From positions 1 through 45,105 of the forward strand of contig JAUCBJ010005737.1 in NCBI GenBank assembly GCA_032718475.1: a stretch of DNA of 45,105 bases. Reading direction: 5' to 3'. The notes under the pieces were generated by a model. The model was given only the letters and a program-made list of their open reading frames with translations. It was not told the origin of the DNA and did no database searches. Position numbers and translations under genes: made by a program. Shown here piece by piece: positions 1 through 12,520 of the stretch; the stretch's first letter is position 1; each line of letters starts with the position of its first letter. The stretch comes from Nemertoderma westbladi (taxonomy: Eukaryota; Animalia; Xenacoelomorpha).

Positions 1-248
1 ATACATTAGGTATACACTGCAACCTTACACTGTAATAATACAATTCAAGCATCCGAATTCAGTCTCCCGGGTGTAGATCCATCGGGTGAATGATCGCGCA
101 TGGGCTGACTTCGGCTAATGTTTTGCGTATTAGCATAAATTATTGTCGTATGCTAAAGTGGTTTTAATTAACGAAAAGACATATAAATTTTGGCAGGTTA
201 AACTGCTAAAGGTCTTCGAAAGCGCGAACATTACTACAGTTGTTCTAC

Positions 249-306
249 CATGGAATACTAAATATAGATTATCTATATAAACATAATCTATATTTAGAAT
301 TCCATG
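249..306. mobile_element. 58-bp palindromic mini-element (P-element-like MITE) with 7-bp target site duplication
   Basis: Arms CATGGAATACTAAATATAGATTAT and ATAATCTATATTTAGAATTCCATG are inverted with 1 mismatch. GTTCTAC flanks both sides (242-248, 307-313). CAT...ATG termini with a 7-8 bp TSD are typical of the P superfamily. Confidence 0.6.
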
Positions 307-851
307 GTTCTACAAACGGGGTATATCTTTCCGACCCACGCGTAGCCTCGCATAGTTCGACACATTGGGTCATATATCACCAGTTTCATAGTTTTAACAA
401 CAGATAATAATTACTTAATAGTGTATATCCAAATCTAAACACGTAGTTATCACACGTATTTTACACGTATACATTACGTGTGTTATTAAACACGCAATTA
501 TCGCACGTATTACACACTGGGCGGCCATGGCGCTGCAAATTTATAAAAGTATATTCGAATTTTTATAAATAGCTTATTATCCTCTGATAGACTTTTATTA
601 ACTGCAGTAACAATGTACTGACTCAGTACTGACTCCAAATGATAGTACGAGTCACACAGTCTACTCTCCGGAATATTCTTATATTTTTATCGAGTTTCTA
701 TTTTATTGCTAACTTCTGTAGGTCCGTATCCTCTGTTAGTAAGTTAATCAATTTGGAGACAGTCAATGAATTAATGAAAAATGTAAAGTAACAATAACAA
801 TATTATGAATTATTGCAGGATAAATCCACTTTCACTGATTTTAATCTGGAG

Positions 852-2912
852 GAATTCCCATAGCATGGGACTCTGTCCCGAATTCCCATAGCATGGGACT
901 CTGTCCCGAATTCCAATAGCATGGGACTCTGTACCAAATTCCCATAGCATGGGACTCTGTCCCGATTTCTTATAAAATGGGACTCAGTCCCAAATTCCCA
1001 TAGCATGGGACTCTGTCCCGAATTCTCATAGCATGGGACTCTGTCCCGAATTCCTATAAAATGGGACTCTGTCCCGAATTCCCATAGCATGGGACTCTGT
1101 CCCGAATTCCTATAGCATGGGACTATGTCACGAACTTCTATAAAATGGGACTCTGTCCCGAATTACCATAGCATGGGACTCTGTCCCGAATTTCTATAGC
1201 ATGGGACTATGTCACGAATTCCTATAAAATGGGACTCTGTCCCGAATTCCAGTAGCATGGGACTCTGTCCCGAATTCCTATAAAATGGGACTCTGTACTG
1301 ACCTCCCATAGCATGGGACTCTGTCCTGAATTCCCATAGCATGGGACTCTGTCCCGAATTCCTATAAAATGGGACTCTGTCCCGAATTCCCATAGCATGG
1401 GACTATGTCACGAATTCCTATAAAATGGGACTCTGTCCCGAATTCAAGTAGCATGGGACTCTGTCCCGAATTCCTATAAAATGGGACTCTGTCCCGACTT
1501 CCCATAGCATGGGACTCTGTCCTGAATTCCTATAAATTGGGACTCTGTCCAAAATTCCCATAGCAGTGGACTCTATCCCGAATTCCTATAAAATGGGAAT
1601 CTGCCCCGAATTCCCATAGCATGGGACTCTGTCCTGAATTCCCATAGCATTGGACTCTGTCCCGAATTCCTATAAAATGGGACTCTGCCCCGAAATCCTA
1701 TAAAATGGGACTCTGTCCCGAATTCCCATAGCATGGGACTCTGTCCCGAATTCCCATAGCATGGGACTCTGTCTCGAATTCCTATAAAATGGGACTCTGC
1801 CCCGAATTGGTATAAAATGGGACTCTGTCCCGAATTCCCATAGCATGGGACTCTGTCCCGAATTCCTATAAAATGGGACTCTGTCCCGAATTCCTATAAA
1901 ATGGGACTCTGTCCCGAATTCCTATAAAATGGGACTCTGTCCCGAATTCCTAAAAAATGGGACTCTGTCCCAAATTCCTATAAAATGGGACTCTGTCCCG
2001 AATTCCTATAGAATGGGACTCTGTACCGAATTCCTATAGAATGAGACTCTGTCCCGAATTCCCATAGCATGGGACTCTGTCCCGAATTCCTATAAAATGG
2101 GACTCTGTCCCGAATTTCTATAGAATGGGACTCTGTACCGAATTCCTATAGAATGAGACTCTGTCCCGAATTCCCATAGCATGGGATTCTGTACCGAATT
2201 CCTATAGAATGGGACTCTGTCCCGAATTTCTATAAAATGGGACTCTGTACCGAATTCCTATAGAATGAGACTCTGTCCCGAATTCCCATAGCATGGGACT
2301 CTGTCCCGAATTCCCATAGCATGGGACTCTGTCCCGAATTCCTATAAAATGGGACTCTGTCCCGAATTTCTATAGAATGGGACTCTGTACCGAATTCCTA
2401 TAGAATGAGACTCTGTCCCGAATTCCCATAGCATGGGACTCTGTCCCGAATTCCTATAAAATGGGACTCTGTCCCGAATTTCTATAGAATGGGACTCTGT
2501 ACCGAATTCCTATAGAATGAGACTCTGTCCCGAATTCCCATAGCATGGGATTCTGTACCGAATTCCTATAGAATGGTACTCTGTACCGAATTCCTATAGA
2601 ATGAGACTCTGTCCCGAATTCCTATAGAATGGGACTCTGTACCGAATTCCCATAGCATGGGACTCTGTACGAATTCATATAGAATGAGACTCTGTCCCGA
2701 ATTCCTATAGCATGGTACTCTGTCCCGAATTCCCATAGCATGGGACTCTGTCCCAAATTCCTCTAGAATGGGACTCTGTACCGAATTTCTATAGAATGAG
2801 ACTCTGTCGCGAATTCCCATAGCATGGGACTCTGTACCGAATTCCCATAGAATGGTACTCTGTCCCGAATTCCTATAGAATGGGACTCTGTACCAAATTC
2901 CCATAGAATGGG
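852..2912. repeat. 28-bp tandem minisatellite, ~73 copies
   Basis: Consensus GAATTCCCATAGCATGGGACTCTGTCCC, period 28 (GAATTC at 852, 880...). Central variants are TAGCAT, TAAAAT and TAGAAT. Confidence 0.97.
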
Positions 2913-3199
2913 GGTCGCTTTAGAGGAACATTCGTTGATACAGTTCCTGCACAGTCTACAAACAGTTCATGTAGGGCCTAAACGATATACTGTAGCACCA
3001 ATAAGACTAATAAGAGGGTGTTCTATACTGTACTAATATATCCTTCCTTTACAACCTCGATAGCCGTAAAATAATGTAAAACTTTTTGAAGACGATTATT
3101 TATACTGACTTTAAAATGACCCGTAGTGCCGTAGACTACTACAATGTACAATGTACTACTACAACTGCTACATGTCCATGCTGGGATCTAATAGTTCCA

Positions 3200-3589
3200 A
3201 TAGTCCTAACTGCTGAGGACACCAAATCTCTGGATGGCACATTCAAGAGACTGCTACGCCGGGTTCATTGTGTCAAGTACAATGCACACATCTCCAACCA
3301 GACACTATATAACATTGGAGGTGTCTCATTGGTTCCCCCAAGCTTGACACTAGAACAAAATCGCCTCCGCTTTGCAGGACATTGCTTTCGCCGTGAGGAC
3401 CAGCCAGTGCATAATCTTGTACTTTGGCAGCCTCATGGAGTAAATAAGCATGGTGGACAGCCCATAACGTTCTTGAGACGCATCTTAAAGGACACTGGCC
3501 TTGAAGATCGGGATGATCTAGCAAATGTCATGGGTGATAGGGAGTTGTGGCGGCGCAATTTTGTCGACAAGCCGGCACAGCATTTTTAA
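3200..3589 (+). mobile_element. 5'-truncated non-LTR retrotransposon fragment (C-terminal end of an RTE-like LINE ORF, downstream of RT)
   Basis: The translation LDGTFKRLLRRV..YNAHISNQTLY..RLRFAGHCFR.EDQPVHNLVLWQP.G..GGQPITF..ILKDTGL..DLANVMGDRELWR matches the characteristic post-RT C-terminal motifs of RTE-type LINEs. The first ~38 aa of the listed ORF look like unrelated flank. Confidence 0.8.
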
Positions 3590-3685
3590 AAATGCAGCTG
3601 CAATGCAGCATGGGCGATCGTTATTACACATCCTGTACTGCAGTACCGGTACAATACGAATGTAGGGTACTACAGTGGTTTACTG

Positions 3686-3762
3686 TCCGTTTCGATTGTC
3701 GAAGTGGTAAGAGCATCGGTCTTCCAACCGGTATATCGGGAGTTCGATCCCGGGTAAAGGAG
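3686..3762 (+). pseudogene. degenerate tRNA-like sequence (tRNA pseudogene or SINE head; Gly-TCC-like loop)
   Basis: Has an A-box-like GTCGAAGTGGTAAGAGC, a stem ATCGG/CCGGT around CTTCCAA, and a B-box/T-arm CGGGAGTTCGATCCCG. TCC.TTT/AAAGGA could pair as an acceptor stem. Loop sizes are non-canonical, so it is not called a functional tRNA. Confidence 0.45.
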
Positions 3763-4864
3763 CTCTATGGCCCGTAAAGTTTAGGTATTCTATTAAATAT
3801 TTATTTAATAAACTTAATGGTAAAATCCACTCTCTAATTTCATTAAACAAAAATATAGATAGGTAATCATGATCACAAATAGATATATATAATTTCATCA
3901 CCCGTCTCTCCTCTATCTGTCATTAAAATTAATTAAGGTTATTGGCTGTATCAATATTCACTTCACAATAAATAATAACCATTGTTAAATATAAGCAAAT
4001 AATAAAGTCAGGATATTAATATTCATAAATCCATAAAAAAATATTTAGATCAGTTGGTTTCATCTGTTTAAATCGTTGTTAATAATGTTTGGAAGCACTT
4101 GGTTCTGTTATACCATCGGTTGTGCTGTGTCCCGTAATTCTAGAATTGCGACGTCCAACCGCTTCTGCAATCTGAGTTGCTATGGGAACGAGTGTGGCTG
4201 GTGGTTGTGGCCGGACCAATGTCGGTGGAAGTGGGGGTGGAGTGGGTGGCTGTGCATGTGGTACTAAATTATAGGAATTGTGGTATATTTGGAAGAGTTG
4301 TCCATCGACAGGAATAATACCATGGTTGTAATACACATCCGTAGGTGCCATCCCGACCAAGTTAATAAATTATTATTGTACAACGAGCATTATGTTGACT
4401 CAACAATCCACAAGTTATTGAAAGAATAAGTTTGGTTAAACAAAATGATAAAACCTTAGTTACTTGTACGTAAATTAATGTGTTAAGTATAATTATTCTA
4501 AATTATTTCAATCATTGTTTACTTTATGGATTCCTTAATAACTATTCATTACCTATTCATTATATAACTATTCATTGAATGAAAATTACAATTTTGAAGC
4601 ATTTGACCCGAGTCTATCTATATAAACAAGAGCCATAAACGCTGAATTATGCATTTTCACGCAATGGTGGAAGTAATTTTGATACATTATGCCAACTTAT
4701 CGGCTTTCTGAAGCTTAATTATTAGTTATATTATTTAACGGGCCTAGATGGCAATAATGTCAGAAATTTCGCTAAATTTTTTAGATTACGACTTAGGGTT
4801 AGGGTTACATGACAGTGTTAATTAGTTAAGTAATGCTTAGGAATATTAATTACTATACTCTATA

Positions 4865-6587
4865 CACCATGTCCTGGAATATAGTCTTTATTCTGGTACA
4901 TGCCCCCCCCCCCCCCCCCCCAAATTTTTCTACAAATAGTAATGAGATTGCATGAAATTTGAAACAGAGATAGTTTCACCTCCCTCCTCCTTGCTGGGTG
5001 AGCTAGAATTTGTATTTTGCTTTCATTCTTTAGCTACAAGCGTTTAAAAAAGTGTCTCCGTCGATATTACACCAGTTACTGTTACAGCACAGTTATTCTT
5101 CAACCTTATAGTGATTTATAGGTACTAGTGGAAAGCTGGCCATGTAAGGATTCCAAATATGTAAAAATATTTGAATTTGGTTGGGAAACAGCGGAGATAT
5201 GGGCATTCGAATGTTGCATGTATTTACTTGCGCTGCAGGAATTTATTCTATTTAATAAATACATAACATTTTGTTTATCTCATAAGTAGCTTGGCAACAA
5301 TGTAATGCCTACATGATAATACTAGTATATGGATATTCATACATAATCAAAATGTTCTAGAACATTGTGTATTTATTAAATAGAATAAATGGCCTGCAGT
5401 GGAAGCAAATACATGCAAAATTCGAATACCTATATCTCAGCTATTTCCGAAACCAAATTCAAATACTTTTACATATTTGGAATCCTTGCACGGTCAGCTT
5501 TCCACTAGTACCTACAAACCACTATACACCATAACCCTTAATACAACAACCATTTTTAGGGGGTCGGAGCCCCCCCCCCCCCCTAATTTTTTTCAAATTT
5601 CAATAAAATGCTACGAAATTCGGTATGATGATATATCGACACCTTTTCTTACTGGTGGCCTGGCCGGATTTTCAATTTCTCAGTTATTTCCATACAACAA
5701 TCCCTTAAAAAATGTCTATTTAGCAATGTTTAACCACCTCCGTAGACTTTATTTTACGTCTTTGAAATGTAATCTAGATATCATTCGAAGCGCCTTCGTC
5801 TGTAGATTCCGAATCTGAAAACCGTTTTAAATTTAACCAAAAATTGGTAAAGATATTATCAAAATACTAATGTGTAAATTTAGAGACGTAAATCGCTATA
5901 ATTCTGATGTTTTGTTGTCTTTATTCTAGAATATTAATTATTATTTAGCTGAGCGTTTAAAACTCTCCATCTTGTTTTTCATTACCCATAATTAATATTC
6001 TAGAATTGAGTAAAAAAAACATTAGAATTATAGCGATTTACGTCACAATTTACACCTTAGTATTTTGATAATATCTCGGAAGTTCTTGGTGAAATTTACA
6101 ACGGGTTTCATATTCGGAATCTGCAGATGAAGGCGGTTCTAATGATATCTAGATTACATTCCAAAGACGAAAAATAAAGCTGACGGAGGTGGCTAAATAT
6201 TGCGAAATAGACGATTTTTAACGGCTTGTTGTATCGAAATAGCTCATAAATTAAAAAATCCGGCCAGGCCACCAGTAAGAAAAGGTGTCGATCTATCATC
6301 ATACCAAATTTCGTAGCATTTTATTGATATTTGAAAAAAATTAGGGGGGGGGGGGGGGGGCTCCGACCCCCTAAAAATGGTTGTTGTATTAAGGGTTATG
6401 GTGTAATGTTGAAGAATAACTGTGGTGTAACTGGTGTAATGTCGACGGAGACACTTTTTTAAACGTTTGTAGCTAAAGAATGAAAGCAAAAATAAAAATT
6501 CTGGCTCACCCAGCAAGGGTGAGCAGCAAGGGTGGTGAAATTAACTCTGTTTCAAATTTAATGCAATCTCATTAAGATTTGTAAAAC

Positions 6588-6618
<31 letters not shown>

Positions 6619-6660
6619 CATATGTACCAGAATAACGACACTATATTCCAGGACATGGTG
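4865..6660. mobile_element. palindromic non-autonomous DNA transposon, family A (TA TSD, Tc1/mariner-like), ~917 bp excluding the nested insert
   Basis: Termini are TA|CACCATGTCCTGGAATATAGT...ACTATATTCCAGGACATGGTG|TA with subterminal poly-C/poly-G. The arms are inverted across their length, with the centre near 5320. The right arm is interrupted at 5527-6405. Confidence 0.85.
5527..6403. mobile_element. 877-bp palindromic MITE, family C, nested in the family A element
   Basis: Termini are TA|CACCATAACCCTTAATACAACAACC...GGTTGTTGTATTAAGGGTTATGGTG|TA, with arms ~5527-5940 and ~5990-6403 inverted. Removing it plus one TA restores CACTATA-ATGTTGAAG, the reverse-complement match to the outer left arm. 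Confidence 0.88.
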
Positions 6661-6731
6661 TATAGATGAAGGCATGCATGTTCTTATAGTTTATTGTTAC
6701 TACAGTGCCATATGATTACTTAGCTACGTCA

Positions 6732-7043
6732 AGGCCCGTTCACATCCGACGGAACGGTACACTGCGCGGTGTACCGCAAGGCCAGCGGTGCACCGCTGAC
6801 TGTGAACGACCCAACAGGTAGTTGTGCGCTAAACCGCGCGGTTTACCGCAGCCCATTTAAACAATGTTAAAACAATTAATGTAATTTCCTGTTGAATTTG
6901 CAATCCACAGATAGACAATCAGTTACCACACCACAACGGTACCGTTGGGTGTGAACGGGCTCCGGGTAGTGTACCGCTGGCTTACCGCTTCAATACCGCC
7001 AGACTACTTTACCGCTCACGCACCGTTGGATGTGAACGGGGCT
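6732..7043. mobile_element. PIF/Harbinger-like MITE (312 bp)
   Basis: TIRs are AGGCCCGTTCACATCCGACGG and CCGTTGGATGTGAACGGGGCT. The flanks TCA / TTA are a TWA-like 3-bp TSD with 1 mismatch. Internal TGTGAACG and ACCGC repeats are present. Confidence 0.7.
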
Positions 7044-7432
7044 TTACATACCAACCAGGGAATTAATATATCCAATAAAAACTCTCAGTGACATAAAGTT
7101 CAGTGTATACGTTTATTGGACAGTTTACCTGTCAATTTCAATCATATCTTTAACTTGTATTTAACAGATCCTTGCTAAGGAAAGACCACTATCCTTAGCA
7201 AGTGATAATTAGGGGTCAACTCTACATTGACCCCAAACACCGGCTTTATAAGGGGCCACATTTAACTAATTCGGCAGTCAGTAGATGACAGCCCTTGGTA
7301 CGCTATCTTGGCTCAGTTCTCAGCAGTCGGGCTGGACTGTTCCTATACCCACCTTTACTTCGCCTAGTATCGGTGGGGATTAGGAGCGTTGGTAGTTCCC
7401 GCTGAGACAGAGCTTTTGGCCAACTAGCCCTC

Positions 7433-7629
7433 TAGTGCTTGCGCACTCTGCCCGCAGGCTTATCGGCACGACCTCGGCCAGACCTTTGAGTCGTAGAGTA
7501 GGACAAAGTAGCAGCCAACCCCCCCCCCCCCGGGTTTGGTCAGTTTACTGTAGTGCTTGCGCAATCTGCCCGTAGGTTCATTGGAGCGACCTTCTGTCAA
7601 ACCTCTGAGTCGTAGGACAAAGTAGAAGC
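7433..7629. repeat. degenerate ~80-bp direct repeat (118-bp offset) in a GC-richer block
   Basis: TAGTGCTTGCGCA.TCTGCCCG.AGG...GAGTCGTAG..GACAAAGTAG.AGC occurs at 7433-7515 and 7551-7629, separated by a poly-C run. Confidence 0.7.
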
Positions 7630-8350
7630 TACAGTAACTTCCAATCGGTCCCAAAAGTAACCTGGTGTTTGCACTATTGCCAAGTTTTCAAATAGCGTGA
7701 AGCCGCACCACGTTTATTACGACATTATTCGACTATTAAACCTTTTTAGACTTTATTCGACTATTAAACCTTTTTAAGACTTTATTCGACTTGGACCTAT
7801 AAGATATTTTGACTAAAAACACGACTATATTTCACTTTAGACCTTTTTTGCCTGTGAAGTATTTTAGCACCTAAACAACTAAAATACTATATTTTTTCTT
7901 GCTCTATCTTTTTGGTTACAATTGTTTACTATTGTACTATATGTTATATAGTTTACTATATGTTTTGGTTACTATTTTTATTCCAAGGAAGACATTAATA
8001 ACATCTGGAAAATTGAAATTTTTTGTACTATCTTGAAAGGGTTGTGGAAGTCCGTAAGTAACAAGTCGTTGAAGGAGCCTGTTTTATGCGAGCTAGTTTC
8101 AAGTCAGTCTTCTCGACCGAGAAACCAAAACAGTAAACGATGTGTGTTTGAACTTGGAATTATTTTGAGATACTTTAAAAAGCGGTTTAGGAGCTTTTCG
8201 TGATGAAGGCACGATAAATCCTTTACAGTAATAAATTTGTTTGCACTTTACACCAGAGTGCTTTACATTTTTGTTTTATTGTTTAGGTTTTTTCGGCCAA
8301 GTGTAGCTACCGTTGTACGGTTCTAAATTATTATTCACAAAAATTTAAAT

Positions 8351-9405
8351 AATTGTAATAGGAATGTGGCAGCCCTCACGGTCATGGGTAGCGGCATGTA
8401 GCATGGGCATGTGGCAGCCCTCACGGTCATGGGTAGCGGCATGTAGCACGGGCATGTGGCAGCCCTCACGGTCATGGGATTGTAATAGGCATGTGGCAGC
8501 CCTCACGGTCATGGGATTGTAATAGGCATGTGGCAGCCCTCACGGTCATGGGTAGCGGCATGTAGCCCGGGCATGTGGCAGCCCTCACGGTCATGGGTAG
8601 CGGAATGTGGCAGCCCTCACGGTCATGGGATTGTAATAGGCATGTGGCAGCCCTCACGGTCATGGGTAGCGGCATGTGGCAGCCCTCACGGTCATGGGAT
8701 TGTAATAGGCATGTGGCAGCCCTCACGGTAATGGGATTGTAATAGGCATGTGGCAGCCCTCACGGTCATCGGATTGTAATAGGCATGTGGCAGCCCTCAT
8801 GGTCATGGGATTGTAATAGGCATGTGGCAGCCCTCACGGTCATGGGTTGTAATAGGCATGTGGCAGCCCTCACGGTCATGGGGGATTGTAATAGGCATGT
8901 GGCAGCCCTCACGGTCATGGGATTTTAATAGGCATGTGGCAGCCCTCACGGTCATGGGATTGTAATAGGCATGTGGCAGCCCTCACGGTCATGGGATTGT
9001 AATAGGCATGTGGCAGCCCTCACGGTCATGGGATTGTAATAGGCATGTGGCAGCCCTCACGGTCATGGGATTGTAATAGGCATGTGTCAGCCCTCACGGT
9101 CATGGGATTGTAATAGGCATGTGGCAGCCCTCACGGTCATGGGATTGTAATAGGCATGTGGCAGCCCTCACGGCCATGGGATTGTAATAGGCATGTGGCA
9201 GCCCTCACGGTCATGAGATTGTAATAGGCATGTGGCAGCCCTCACGGTCATGGGTAATAGGCATGTGGCAGCCCTCACGGTCATGGGTAATAGGCATGTG
9301 GCAGCCCTCACGGTCATGGGATTGTAATAGGCATGTGGCAGCCCTCACGGTCATGGGTAGCGCATGTAATAGGCATGTGGCAGCCCTCACGGTCATGGGT
9401 AGCGC
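8351..9405. repeat. 37-bp tandem minisatellite, ~28 copies with length variants
   Basis: Consensus ATTGTAATAGGCATGTGGCAGCCCTCACGGTCATGGG, period 37 (AGCCC at 8941 and 8978). Variants with a TAGCGGCATGTAGC-type linker occur near both ends. Confidence 0.96.
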
Positions 9406-10498
9406 TTGCTGAAAATGTTATTTAAATAGCAATTGCAAACACTCGAGAACAAACAGTCCGAGAGTAATTTCGTAGGCTTAAAAATTACCGTTGACTACGA
9501 ATCTGTATTTGAAGAAAGAGACAGACACATCTACTAACGGAAGAGGGTCGGGAATAGGCCGTCCCCGTCCCCTAAAAGCGGTTTAGGAGCTTATCGTGCT
9601 GAAGGCACGAGAAATCCTTTACAGTTGACATAATGTAACAAAATGAATTAAGGATGTTTGCAAGAATAATTCAGTATTTTTTATTTGTATAGCTAGCCCG
9701 TTGCTAGCACAACGTCCGTATTGTTGTCAGTTGTTTGTAACGTAATGTGGTTTGAGTGCCTGTACTGTTAACACATACTGGTTCCGGAACCAATACCAGT
9801 GCCTGTACGCATGTCACTAATTTGGAACATTTTGAATCCCCCGCCCATTAGCCAAATAATTGTTTGTACATTTGTGTATCAACCAATTAATCAATTAATT
9901 CGAGAAATATACCAATCAGCTATTCTAACTGTCCAGCGATTGATCAGAGCCCCTAACACACTATTGCAATCAATAACAAGGACAACAGGCACCCTAAACA
10001 ACTATCAACACTATTTGGGTCTTTGTTCAACTATAAGGAAATGCGCGAAAAAATATGCAGTCCCAAAGCTCTCGTCACTACTACAATATGAATATCAAAA
10101 TGAGTACCCTCCTGTCTGATCTTGGTACAAACTTTATGGATTCAATCGAGCTGGGTCATTTGGAATTAATCAAATCAATTTATGGATCGGAGATGGTCAG
10201 CTTCACGGCAAAGTTGGACAAAGTGAAAGCGTATCTGGAGTCAATTATAACTTAATTACATTGCTCTATCAGTTTGGTAATATTTTATTTCTTCGATTTT
10301 AATATTTTATTTTTTTTAAAAGGATTTAATTTTATTAGCAAGTGGGGTTTTAAACCTTTTAATCTAAATATTAGAAGCCAGTTTGGCTGGCGATGCGCAC
10401 TGTTCGTGCGAGACTATACTACTACAATTGTTTTATTTGTCACATTATAATGATATATGTATGATTATATTAAAATTGTAGGCCTATGAATTAACATA

Positions 10499-11219
10499 CA
10501 CATGTCCTAGAATATAGTGTCATTATTCAGGTACCTGGCTGAGAAAAAAAATAAAAAATACCCATTTTTTATGGGTGTAAACGTTACCCCGACAGCCGAC
10601 AACCGACAGCCGACAACCGACACCCGACAACCGACAGCCGACAACCGAAGCAGACAACCGACAACCAAAGCTGACAACCGACAACTGACAGCCGACAGCC
10701 AACAACCGACAGCAGACAACCGACAGCCAAAAACCGACAGCAGACAACCAACAGTTTTAACTTTTCGGTCGAAATATTGTATATTATATTATATATGAAG
10801 AATTTGTATTTGTTTTAAGAATATGGTGTAATTATTAAATATAATACTGTATAATAGCCTAGCGCTGATGCGACCATGCAACTTTTGAACGCCCTCCTTA
10901 GCTATTTTTCAACGAAATTCAGGTTGTGCTATATATTTGGAATCCTTGCAGGGCCAGCTTTCTAGCAGTACCAACTAACAGCTATAAGATAGAAGAATAA
11001 CTGCGGTGAGAACACTTTTTTAAACGCTTGTAGCTAAAGATTGAAAGCAAAAATAAAAATTCTGGCTCACCCAGTAAGAGGTCGGGAAATGAAAATAATC
11101 CCTGTTTCAAATTTCCTGAAATCACATTAAGAATTGTAGAAAAATTAGGGGGCTGTTGGGGGGGGGGGGGGGGGGGGGGGGACTGAATTATGACACTATA
11201 TTCCGGGACATACATGGTA
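10499..11219. mobile_element. internally rearranged family A element containing a 7-bp microsatellite
   Basis: The left end CATGTCCTAGAATATAGTGTCATTATTCAG and the right end poly-G-CTGAATTATGACACTATATTCCGGGACA match family A termini. 10930-11150 matches the family A right arm. Confidence 0.7.
10589..10752 (+). repeat. (CCGACAR)n 7-bp microsatellite
   Basis: CCGACAG/CCGACAA units, preceded by ATGGGTGTAAACGTTAC. Confidence 0.95.
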
Positions 11220-11548
11220 TACTGTGTGACATTTTTTAATGACATTTGTGACACATTTTACAAGAAAAGTAATCCAATGCTTAACCGTGCCAGCCTGTTT
11301 CGTTAGGCAGCTAGTGCTATTAAGTAAATCTTTCAATTATATTGGAAGTGTAAATAAGGTTACTTACTAATATCACTGATATATTATGGATAGCCAGTAA
11401 TCGTCAAGCAACATGACCTTCCAATAAACTCTGATACTTTAACATTACTGTGTTATGGATAGTCAGTATTCTTCAAATATATCGTCATGCTTGCGCCCAT
11501 GTGAAGAATATCAGGATTACCAGGGGCGCTTATTTCTGTCATATAACC

Positions 11549-12286
11549 AGCCCATGTGAAGAATACCAGAATTTCTGCCGTTATATTTCACTTTGCAGTT
11601 ACCCCCATGTGAAGAATACCAGAATTTCTGCCGTTATATTTCACCTTGCAGTTACCCCCATGTGAAGAATACCAGAATTTCTGCCGTTATATTTCACTTT
11701 GCAGTTACCCCCATGTGAAGAATACCAGAATTTCTGCCGTTATATTTCACTTTGCAGTTACCCCCATGTGAAGAATACCAGAATTTCTGCCGTTATATTT
11801 CACTTTGCAGTTACCCCCATGTGAAGAATACCAGAATTTCTGCCGTTATATTTCACTTTGCAGTTACCCCCATGTGAAGAATACCAGATTTTCTGCCGTT
11901 ATATTTCACTTTGCAGTTACCCCCATGTGAAGAATACCAGGTTTTCACCAAAAACACAGGATACAGAAGGGCTGAATCTAACAAATCTAACAAATTAGTA
12001 TATGTTCAGGTTATAAGACAGAAATAAGGCTATAAAGATAAATTAAATAAAATAAAAAATCGTCATATATGAAATTCCAATAAAAAATCGACCGAAAAGT
12101 GAAATCCTGGTATTCTTCACATTGGCGTTATAACCTGTACAAATACTAATTCGTTTATTGTTTTGGTTAGATTCAGTGGTTAGATTCAGTAACCTGTGTT
12201 TTTGGTGAAAACCTGATATTCTTCACATGGGGGTAGCTGCAAAGTGAAATATAACGGCAGAAAGTCTTGTATTCTTCACATGGGCC
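11549..12286. mobile_element. inverted-repeat element (MITE-like) whose left arm carries a 53-bp tandem array (7 full units)
   Basis: The unit CCCATGTGAAGAATACCAGAATTTCTGCCGTTATATTTCACTTTGCAGTTACC has CATGTG at 11553, 11606 ... 11924. 12170-12286 is the reverse complement of one unit plus adjacent sequence, ending TTCTTCACATGGGCC. No clear TSD. Confidence 0.7.
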
Positions 12287-12520
12287 CTGTGTGACCTTTA
12301 AATTATTGGTAGTGTCTTTGATAATCTTATATTGGTGTTAAAGATAGTTCATTATCTTAAATAATGTACTCTTAATTTATTTTATAAGTATAGAGTTTAA
12401 AAGAACACAAGTCTCAAATTCGTTTAGAAATGATTATTACAGTTTATTTATATTTTTCTTCACCAAATTGCTCTTTTTATTGTTGTTTTTTAATTACCGT
12501 TATTAATGGTTTTCGGATTT

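Noticed and set aside
803-2904. ORFs in the 28-bp array (similarly those at 8472-9412, 10507-10798 and 12430-15114)
   Set aside because: They are translations of tandem repeats or microsatellites with no coding signature.
4794-4808. TTAGGGTTAGGGTTA, and TAACCTTAACC within the 23-bp array, as telomeric repeats
   Set aside because: Only 2.5 units in the first case, and embedded in a longer monomer in the second. This is insufficient for a telomere call.
5399-6516. ORFs within the palindromic MITEs (also 10982, 13096, 15157)
   Set aside because: No transposase motifs; the frames are not conserved between copies and the poly-Pro comes from C-runs.
8351-9405. CRISPR-like appearance of the 28-55 bp arrays
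   Set aside because: The units are head-to-tail without unique spacers, there are no cas genes, and the context is eukaryotic.
9799-10255. Two overlapping ORFs of 106 and 66 aa
   Set aside because: No recognisable domain. They could be a decayed TE fragment, but I cannot support that.
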